Below, one piece after another: positions 1 through 11,200 of a stretch of 64,000 nt of DNA (within the stretch, counting starts at the first letter, position 1; the number at the start of each line of letters is the position of its first letter). The notes under the pieces were generated by a model. The model saw only the letters and a program-made list of their open reading frames with translations, was not told where the DNA came from and made no database searches. This DNA is from Eledone cirrhosa. Lineage: Eukaryota. A program made the position numbers and the translations under genes. The stretch covers positions 33,976,001 through 34,040,000 of the forward strand of contig OZ024752.1 of NCBI GenBank assembly GCA_964016885.1, read 5' to 3'.

Positions 1-1369
1 TCTAATGAAAGACACTGTTTATGTGTTTAATCCTTTCATTACTGTATGTCTAATGAAAGACACTGTCTATGTCTTTAACCCTTTCATTACTGTATGTCTA
101 ATAAAAGGGACTGTCTATGTGTTTAACCCTTTCATTACTGTATGTCTAATGAAAGACACTGTCTATGTGTTTAACCCTTTCATTACTGTATGTCTAATGA
201 AAGACACTGTCTATGTATTTAATCCTTTCATTACTGTATGTCTAATGAAAGACACTGTCTATGTGTTTAACCCTTTCATTACTGTATGTCTAATGAAAGA
301 CACTGTCTATGTCTTTAACCCTTTCATTACTGTATGTCTAATGAAAGACACTGTCTGTGTTTAACCCTTTCATTACTGTATGTCTAATGAAAGACACTGT
401 CTATGTATTTAATCCTTTCATTACTGTATGTCTAATGAAAGACACTGTCTATGTCTTTAACCCTTTCATTACTGTATGTCTAATGAAAGACACTGTCTGT
501 GTTTAACCCTTTCATTACTGTATGTCTAATGAAAGACACAGTCTATGTGTTTAATCCTTTCATTACTGTATGTCTAATGAAAGACACTGTCTATGTGTTT
601 AACCCTTTCATTACTGTATGTCTATTGAAAGACACTGTCTATGTTGAATCCTTTCATTACTGTATGTCTAATGAAAGACACTGTTTATGTGTTTAATCCT
701 TTCATTACTGTATGTCTAATAAAAGGGACTGTCTATGTGTTTAACCCTTTCATTACTGTATGTCTAATGAAAGACACTGTCTATGTATTTAATCCTTTCA
801 TTACTGTATGTCTAATAAAAGGGACTGTCTATGTGTTTAACCCTTTCATTACTGTATGTCTAATGAAAGACACTGTCTATGTCTTTAACCCTTTCATTAC
901 TGTATGTCTAATGAAAGACACTGTCTGTGTGTTTAATCCTTTCATTAGTGTATGTCTAATGAAAGACACTGTCTATGTCTTTAACCCTTTCATTACTGTA
1001 TGTCTAATGAAAGACACTGTCTGTGTTAAACCCTTTCATTACTGTATGTCTAATGAAAGACACTGTCTATGTGTTTAACCCTTTCATTACTGTATTTCTA
1101 ATGAAAGACACTGTCTATGTGTTTAATCCTTTCATTACTGTATGTCTAATGAAAGACACTGTCTATGTGTTTAACCCTTTCATTACTGTATATCTAATGA
1201 AAGACACTGTCTATGTGTTTAACCCTTTCATTATTGTATGTCTAATGAAAGACACTGTCTATGTGTTTAACCCTTTCATTACTGTATGTCTAATGAAAGA
1301 CACTGTCTATGTGTTTTACCATTTCATTACTGTATGTCTAATGAAAGACACTGTCTATGTGTTTAACCC

Positions 1370-1800
1370 TTTCATTACTGTATGTCTAATGAAAGAAACT
1401 GTCTATGTCTTTAACCCTTTCATTACTGTATGTCTAATGAAAGACACTGTCTATGTGTTTAACCCTTTCATTACTGTATGTCTAATGAAAGACACTGTCT
1501 ATGTCTTTAACCCTTTATTTACTGTATTTGTAATGAAAGACACTGTCTATGTGTTTAATCCTTTCATTACTGTATGTCTAATGAAAGACACTGTCTATGT
1601 GTTTAACCCTTTCATTACTGTATGTCTAATGAAAGAAACTGTCTATGTCTTTAACCCTTTCATTACTGTATGTCTAATGAAAGACACTGTCTATGTCTTT
1701 AACCCTTTCATTACTGTATGTCTAATGAAAGACACTGTCTATGTCTTTAACCCTTTATTTACTGTATTTGTAATGAAAGACACTGTCTATGTGTTTAATT
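1370..1800. repeat. 5-monomer (240-bp) sub-duplication, recurring in many higher-order blocks
   Basis: Variants GAAAGAAACT (near 1391 and 1631) and CTTTATTTACTGTATTTGTAATG (near 1513 and 1753) each recur 240 bp apart. Boundaries are approximate. Confidence 0.85.
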
Positions 1801-3999
1801 CTTTCATTACTGTATGTCTATTGAAAGACACTGTCTATGTTTAATACTTTCATTACTGTATGTCTAATGAAAGACACTGTTTATGTGTTTAATCCTTTCA
1901 TTACTGTATGTCTAATGAAAGACACTGTTTATGTGTTTATTCCTTTCATTACTGTATGTCTAATAAAAGGGACTGTCTATGTGTTTAACTCTTTCATTAC
2001 TGTAGGTCTAATGAAAGACACTGTCTATGTGTTTAACCCTTTCATTACTGTATGTCTAATGAAAGACACTGTCTATGTATTTAATCCTTTCATTACTGTA
2101 TGTCTAATGAAAGACACTGTCTATGTGTTTAGCCCTTTCATTACTGTATGTCTAATGAAAGACACTGTCTATGTATTTAATCCTTTCATTACTGTAAGTC
2201 TAATGAAAGACACTGTCTGTGTTTAACCCTTTCATTACTGTATGTCTAATGAAAGACACAGTCTATGTGTTTAATCCTTTCATTACTGTATGTCTAATGA
2301 AAGACACAGTCTATGTGTTTAATCCTTTCATTACTGTATGTCTAATGAAAGACACAGTCTGTGTTTAACCCTTTCATTACTGTATGTCTAATGAAAGACA
2401 CTGTCTGTGTGTTTAACCCTTTCATTACTGTATGTCGAATGAAAGACACAGTCTATGTGTTTAATCCTTTCATTACTGTATGTCTAATAAAAGACACAGT
2501 CTATGTGTTTAACCGTTTCATTACTGTATGTCTAATGAAAGACACAGTCTATGTGTTTAACCCTTTCATTACTGTATGTCTTATGAAAGACACTGTCTAT
2601 GTTGAATCCTTTCATTACTGTATGTCTAATGAAAGACACTGTTTATGTGTTTAATCCTTTCATTACTGTATGTCTAATGAAAGACACTGTCTATGTCTTT
2701 AACCCTTTCATTACTGTATGTCTAATAAAAGGGACTGTCTATGTGTTTAACCCTTTCATTACTGTATGTCTAATGAAAGACACTGTCTATGTGTTTAACC
2801 CTTTCATTACTGTATGTCTAATGAAAGACACTGTCTATGTATTTAATCCTTTCATTACTGTATGTCTAATGAAAGACACTGTCTATGTGTTTAACCCTTT
2901 CATTACTGTATGTCTAATGAAAGACACTGTCTATGTCTTTAACCCTTTCATTACTGTATGTCTAATGAAAGACACTGTCTGTGTTTAACCCTTTCATTAC
3001 TGTATGTCTAATGAAAGACACTGTCTATGTATTTAATCCTTTCATTACTGTATGTCTAATGAAAGACACTGTCTATGTCTTTAACCCTTTCATTACTGTA
3101 TGTCTAATGAAAGACACTGTCTGTGTTTAACCCTTTCATTACTGTATGTCTAATGAAAGACACAGTCTATGTGTTTAATCCTTTCATTACTGTATGTCTA
3201 ATGAAAGACACTGTCTATGTGTTTAACCCTTTCATTACTGTATGTCTATTGAAAGACACTGTCTATGTTGAATCCTTTCATTACTGTATGTCTAATGAAA
3301 GACACTGTTTATGTGTTTAATCCTTTCATTACTGTATGTCTAATAAAAGGGACTGTCTATGTGTTTAACCCTTTCATTACTGTATGTCTAATGAAAGACA
3401 CTGTCTATGTATTTAATCCTTTCATTACTGTATGTCTAATAAAAGGGACTGTCTATGTGTTTAACCCTTTCATTACTGTATGTCTAATGAAAGACACTGT
3501 CTATGTCTTTAACCCTTTCATTACTGTATGTCTAATGAAAGACACTGTCTGTGTGTTTAATCCTTTCATTAGTGTATGTCTAATGAAAGACACTGTCTAT
3601 GTCTTTAACCCTTTCATTACTGTATGTCTAATGAAAGACACTGTCTGTGTTAAACCCTTTCATTACTGTATGTCTAATGAAAGACACTGTCTATGTGTTT
3701 AACCCTTTCATTACTGTATTTCTAATGAAAGACACTGTCTGTGTTAAACCCTTTCATTACTGTATGTCTAATGAAAGACACTGTCTATGTGTTTAACCCT
3801 TTCATTACTGTATGTCTAATGAAAGACACTGTCTATGTGTTTAACCCTTTCATTACTGTATGTCTATTGAAAGACACAGTCTATGTGTTTAATCCTTTCA
3901 TTACTGTATGTCTAATGAAAGACACTGTCTATGTGTTTAACCCTTTCATTACTGTATGTCTAATGAAAGCCCTTTCATTACTGTATTTCTAATGAAAGA

Positions 4000-6900
4000 C
4001 ACTGTCTATGTGTTTAATCCTTTCATTACTGTATGTCTAATGAAAGACACTGTCTATGTGTTTAACCCTTTCATTACTGTATGTCTATTGAAAGACACTG
4101 TCTATGTTGAATCATTTCATTACTGTATGTCTAATGAAAGACACTGTTTATGTGTTTAATCCTTTCATTACTGTATGTCTAATAAAAGGGACTGTCTATG
4201 TGTTTAACCCTTTCATTACTGTATGTCTAATGAAAGACACTGTCTATGTGTTTAACCCTTTCATTACTGTATGTCTAATGAAAGACACTGTCTATGTATT
4301 TAATCCTTTCATTACTGTATGTCTAATGAAAGACACTGTCTATGTGTTTAACCCTTTCATTACTGTATATCTAATGAAAGACACTGTCTATGTGTTTAAC
4401 CCTTTCATTACTGTATGTCTAATGAAAGACAGTGTCTATGTGTTTAACCCTTTCATTACTGTATGTCTAATGAAAGACACTGTCTATGTGTTTTACCATT
4501 TCATTACTGTATGTCTAATGAAAGACACTGTCTATGTGTTTAACCCTTTCATTACTGTATGTCTAATGAAATAAACTGTCTATGTCTTTAATCCTTTCAT
4601 TACTGTATGTCTAATGAAAGACACTGTCTATGTCTTTAACCCTTTCATTACTGTATGTCTAATGAAAGACACTGTCTATGTCTTTAACCCTTTATTTACT
4701 GTATTTGTAATGAAAGACACTGTCTATGTGTTTAATCCTTTCATTACTGTATGTCTAATGAAAGACACTGTCTATGTGTTTAACCCTTTCATTACTGTAT
4801 GTCTAATGAAAGAAACTGTCTATGTCTTTAACCCTTTCATTACTGTATGTCTAATGAAAGACACTGTCTATGTCTTTAACCCTTTCATTACTGTATGTCT
4901 AATGAAAGACACTGTCTATGTCTTTAACCCTTTATTTACTGTATTTGTAATGAAAGACACTGTCTATGTGTTTAATTCTTTCATTACTGTATGTCTATTG
5001 AAAGACACTGTCTATGTTTAATACTTTCATTACTGTATGTCTAATGAAAGACACTGTTTATGTGTTTAATCCTTTCATTACTGTATGTCTAATGAAAGAC
5101 ACTGTTATGTGTTTAATCCTTTCATTACTGTATGTCTAATAAAAGGGACTGTCTATGTGTTTAACTCTTTCATTACTGTAGGTCTAATGAAAGACACTGT
5201 CTATGTGTTTAACCCTTTCATTACTGTATGTCTAATGAAAGACACTGTCTATGTATTTAATCCTTTCATTACTGTATGTCTAATGAAAGACACTGTCTAT
5301 GTCTTTAACCCTTTCATTACTGTATGTCTAATGAAAGACACTGTCTGTGTTTAACCCTTTCATTACTGTATGTCTAATGAAAGACATTGTCTGTGTGTTT
5401 AACCCTTTCATTACTGTATGTCTAATGAAAGACACTGTCTATGTATTTAATCCTTTCATTACTGTATGTCTAATGAAAGACACTGTCTATGTATTTAATC
5501 CTTTCATTACTGTAAGTCTAATGAAAGACACTGTCTGTGTTTAACCCTTTCATTACTGTATGTCTAATGAAAGACACAGTCTATGTGTTTAATCCTTTCA
5601 TTACTGTATGTCTAATGAAAGACACAGTCTATGTGTTTAATCCTTTCATTACTGTATGTCTAATGAAAGACACAGTCTGTGTTTAACACTTTCATTACTG
5701 TATGTCTAATGAAAGACACTGTCTGTGTGTTTAATCCTTTCATTAGTGTATGTCTAATGAAAGACACTGTCTATGTCTTTAACCCTTTCATTACTGTATG
5801 TCTAATGAAAGACACTGTTTGTGTTAAACCCTTTCATTACTGTATGTCTAATGAAAGACACTGTCTATGTGTTTAACCCTTTCATTACTGTATTTCTAAT
5901 GAAAGACACTGTCTGTGTTAAACCCTTTCATTACTGTATGTCTAATGAAAGACACTGTCTATGTGTTTAACCCTTTCATTACTGTATGTCTAATGAAAGA
6001 CACTGTCTATGTGTTTAACCCTTTCATTACTGTATGTCTATTGAAAGACACAGTCTATGTGTTTAATCCTTTCATTACTGTATGTCTAATGAAAGACACT
6101 GTCTATGTGTTTAACCCTTTCATTACTGTATGTCTATTGAAAGACACTGTCTATGTTGAATCCTTTCATTACTGTATGTCTAATGAAAGACACTGTTTAT
6201 GTGTTTAATCCTTTCATTACTGTATGTCTAATAAAAGGGACTGTCTATGTGTTTAACCCTTTCATTACTGTATGTCTAATGAAAGACACTGTCTATGTGT
6301 TTAACCCTTTCATTACTGTATGTCTAATGAAAGACACTGTCTATGTATTTAATCCTTTCATTACTGTATGTCTAATGAAAGACACTGTCTATGTGTTTAA
6401 CCCTTTCATTACTGTATATCTAATGAAAGACACTGTCTATGTGTTTAACCCTTTCATTACTGTATGTCTAATGAAAGACAGTGTCTATGTGTTTAACCCT
6501 TTCATTACTGTATGTCTAATGAAAGACACTGTCTATGTGTTTTACCATTTCATTACTGTATGTCTAATGAAAGACACTGTCTATGTGTTTAACCCTTTCA
6601 TTACTGTATGTCTAATGAAATAAACTGTCTATGTCTTTAATCCTTTCATTACTGTATGTCTAATGAAAGACACTGTCTATGTCTTTAACCCTTTCATTAC
6701 TGTATGTCTAATGAAAGACACTGTCTATGTCTTTAACCCTTTATTTACTGTATTTGTAATGAAAGACACTGTCTATGTGTTTAATCCTTTCATTACTGTA
6801 TGTCTAATGAAAGACACTGTCTATGTGTTTAACCCTTTCATTACTGTATGTCTAATGAAAGAAACTGTCTATGTCTTTAACCCTTTCATTACTGTATGTC

Positions 6901-7730
6901 TAATGAAAGACACTGTCTATGTCTTTAACCCTTTCATTACTGTATGTCTAATGAAAGACACTGTCTATGTCTTTAACCCTTTATTTACTGTATTTGTAAT
7001 GAAAGACACTGTCTATGTGTTTAATTCTTTCATTACTGTATGTCTATTGAAAGACACTGTCTATGTTTAATACTTTCATTACTGTATGTCTAATGAAAGA
7101 CACTGTTTATGTGTTTAATCCTTTCATTACTGTATGTCTAATGAAAGACACTGTTATGTGTTTAATCCTTTCATTACTGTATGTCTAATAAAAGGGACTG
7201 TCTATGTGTTTAACTCTTTCATTACTGTAGGTCTAATGAAAGACACTGTCTATGTGTTTAACCCTTTCATTACTGTATGTCTAATGAAAGACACTGTCTA
7301 TGTATTTAATCCTTTCATTACTGTATGTCTAATGAAAGACACTGTCTATGTCTTTAACCCTTTCATTACTGTATGTCTAATGAAAGACACTGTCTGTGTT
7401 TAACCCTTTCATTACTGTATGTCTAATGAAAGACATTGTCTGTGTGTTTAACCCTTTCATTACTGTATGTCTAATGAAAGACACTGTCTATGTATTTAAT
7501 CCTTTCATTACTGTATGTCTAATGAAAGACACTGTCTATGTATTTAATCCTTTCATTACTGTAAGTCTAATGAAAGACACTGTCTGTGTTTAACCCTTTC
7601 ATTACTGTATGTCTAATGAAAGACACAGTCTATGTGTTTAATCCTTTCATTACTGTATGTCTAATGAAAGACACAGTCTATGTGTTTAATCCTTTCATTA
7701 CTGTATGTCTAATGAAAGACACAGTCTGTG
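4000..7730. repeat. Higher-order tandem duplication, period 2,049 bp
   Basis: Matching ORF-track patterns at 4104/6153, 4614/6663, 5085/7134 and 5347/7396. The rare variant GAAATAAACT occurs near 4570 and 6619. Boundaries are approximate. Confidence 0.85.
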
Positions 7731-8201
7731 TTTAACCCTTTCATTACTGTATGTCTAATGAAAGACACTGTCTGTGTGTTTAACCCTTTCATTACTGTAT
7801 GTCTAATGAAAGACACAGTCTATGTATTTAATCCTTTCATTACTGTATGTCTAATGAAAGACACTGTCTATGTCTTTAATCCTTTCATTACTGTATGTCT
7901 AATAAAAGGGACTGTCTATGTGTTTAACTCTTTCATTACTGTAGGTCTAATGAAAGACACTGTCTATGTGTTTAACCCTTTCATTACTGTATGTCTAATG
8001 AAAGACACTGTCTATGTTGAATCCTTTCATTACTGTATGTCTAATGAAAGACACTGTCTGTGTTTAACCCTTTCATTACTGTATGTCTAATGAAAGACAC
8101 AGTCTATGTGTTTAATCCTTTCATTACTGTATGTCTAATGAAAGACACAGTCTATGTGTTTAATCCTTTCATTACTGTATGTCTAATGAAAGACACAGTC
8201 T

Positions 8202-11200
8202 GTGTTTAACCCTTTCATTACTGTATGTCTAATGAAAGACACTGTCTGTGTGTTTAACCCTTTCATTACTGTATGTCGAATGAAAGACACAGTCTATGTG
8301 TTTAATCCTTTCATTACTGTATGTCTAATAAAAGACACAGTCTATGTGTTTAACCGTTTCATTACTGTATGTCTAATGAAAGACACAGTCTATGTGTTTA
8401 ACCCTTTCATTACTGTATGTCTTATGAAAGACACTGTCTATGTTGAATCCTTTCATTACTGTATGTCTAATGAAAGACACTGTTTATGTGTTTAATCCTT
8501 TCATTACTGTATGTCTAATGAAAGACACTGTCTATGTCTTTAACCCTTTCATTACTGTATGTCTAATAAAAGGGACTGTCTATGTGTTTAACCCTTTCAT
8601 TACTGTATGTCTAATGAAAGACACTGTCTATGTGTTTAACCCTTTCATTACTGTATGTCTAATGAAAGACACTGTCTATGTATTTAATCCTTTCATTACT
8701 GTATGTCTAATGAAAGACACTGTCTATGTCTTTAACCCTTTCATTACTGTATGTCTAATGAAAGACACTGTCTGTGTTTAACCCTTTCATTACTGTATGT
8801 CTAATGAAAGACATTGTCTGTGTGTTTAACCCTTTCATTACTGTATGTCTAATGAAAGACACTGTCTATGTATTTAATCCTTTCATTACTGTATGTCTAA
8901 TGAAAGACACTGTCTGTGTTTAACCCTTTCATTACTGTATGTCTAATGAAAGACACAGTCTATGTGTTTAATCCTTTCATTACTGTATGTCTAATGAAAG
9001 ACACTGTCTATGTATTTAATCCTTTCATTACTGTAAGTCTAATGAAAGACACTGTCTGTGTTTAACCCTTTCATTACTGTATGTCTAATGAAAGACACAG
9101 TCTATGTGTTTAATCCTTTCATTACTGTATGTCTAATGAAAGACACAGTCTATGTGTTTAATCCTTTCATTACTGTATGTCTAATGAAAGACACAGTCTG
9201 TGTTTAACCCTTTCATTACTGTATGTCTAATGAAAGACACTGTCTGTGTGTTTAACCCTTTCATTACTGTATGTCTAATGAAAGACACAGTCTATGTATT
9301 TAATCCTTTCATTACTGTATGTCTAATGAAAGACACTGTCTATGTCTTTAATCCTTTCATTACTGTATGTCTAGTAAAAGGGACTGTCTATGTGTTTAAC
9401 TCTTTCATTACTGTAGGTCTAATGAAAGACACTGTCTATGTCTTTAATCCTTTCATTACTGTATGTCTAGTAAAAGGGACTGTCTATGTGTTTAACTCTT
9501 TCATTACTGTAGGTCTAATGAAAGACACTGTCTATGTGTTTAACCCTTTCATTACTGTATGTCTAATGAAAGACACTGTCTATGTCTTTAACCCTTTCAT
9601 TACTGTATGTCTAATGAAAGACACAGTCTATGTGTTTAATCCTTTCATTACTGTATGTCTAATAAAAGACACAGTCTATGTGTTTAACCGTTTCATTACT
9701 GTATGTCTAATGAAAGACACAGTCTATGTGTTTAACCCTTTCATTACTGTATGTCTTATGAAAGACACTGTCTATGTTGAATCCTTTCATTACTGTATGT
9801 CTAATGAAAGACACTGTTTATGTGTTTAATCCTTTCATTACTGTATGTCTAATGAAAGACACTGTCTATGTCTTTAACCCTTTCATTACTGTATGTCTAA
9901 TAAAAGACACTGTCTATGTGTTTAACCCTTTCATTACTGTATGTCTAATGAAAGACACTGTCTATGTATTTAATCCTTTCATTACTGTATGTCTAATGAA
10001 AGACACTGTCTATGTGTTTAACCCTTTCATTACTGTATGTCTAATGAAAGACACTGTCTATGTCTTTAACCCTTTCATTACTGTATGTCTAATGAAAGAC
10101 ACTGTCTGTGTTTAACCCTTTCATTACTGTATGTCTAATGAAAGACACTGTCTATGTATTTAATCCTTTCATTACTGTATGTCTAATGAAAGACACTGTC
10201 TATGTCTTTAACCCTTTCATTACTGTATGTCTAATGAAAGACACTGTCTGTGTTTAACCCTTTCATTACTGTATGTCTAATGAAAGACACAGTCTATGTG
10301 TTTAATCCTTTCATTACTGTATGTCTAATGAAAGACACTGTCTATGTGTTTAACCCTTTCATTACTGTATGTCTATTGAAAGACACTGTCTATGTTGAAT
10401 CCTTTCATTACTGTATGTCTAATGAAAGACACTGTTTATGTGTTTAATCCTTTCATTACTGTATGTCTAATAAAAGGGACTGTCTATGTGTTTAACCCTT
10501 TCATTACTGTATGTCTAATGAAAGACACTGTCTATGTATTTAATCCTTTCATTACTGTATGTCTAATAAAAGGGACTGTCTATGTGTTTAACCCTTTCAT
10601 TACTGTATGTCTAATGAAAGACACTGTCTATGTCTTTAACCCTTTCATTACTGTATGTCTAATGAAAGACACTGTCTGTGTGTTTAATCCTTTCATTAGT
10701 GTATGTCTAATGAAAGACACTGTCTATGTCTTTAACCCTTTCATTACTGTATGTCTAATGAAAGACACTGTCTGTGTTAAACCCTTTCATTACTGTATGT
10801 CTAATGAAAGACACTGTCTATGTGTTTAACCCTTTCATTACTGTATTTCTAATGAAAGACACTGTCTATGTGTTTAATCCTTTCATTACTGTATGTCTAA
10901 TGAAAGACACTGTCTATGTGTTTAACCCTTTCATTACTGTATATCTAATGAAAGACACTGTCTATGTGTTTAACCCTTTCATTATTGTATGTCTAATGAA
11001 AGACACTGTCTATGTGTTTAACCCTTTCATTACTGTATGTCTAATGAAAGACACTGTCTATGTGTTTTACCATTTCATTACTGTATGTCTAATGAAAGAC
11101 ACTGTCTATGTGTTTAACCCTTTCATTACTGTATGTCTAATGAAAGAAACTGTCTATGTCTTTAACCCTTTCATTACTGTATGTCTAATGAAAGACACTG

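Noticed and set aside
2-48. Hammerhead ribozyme in the satellite monomer (CTAATGA resembles CUGAUGA; GAAA present)
   Set aside because: The conserved core G is replaced by A, and GAAA overlaps the motif with no intervening stem II. I could not draw a three-way junction on either strand.
100-105. AATAAA poly(A) signals in variant monomers and in the SINE
   Set aside because: Expected by chance in AT-rich repeats, and there is no gene context.
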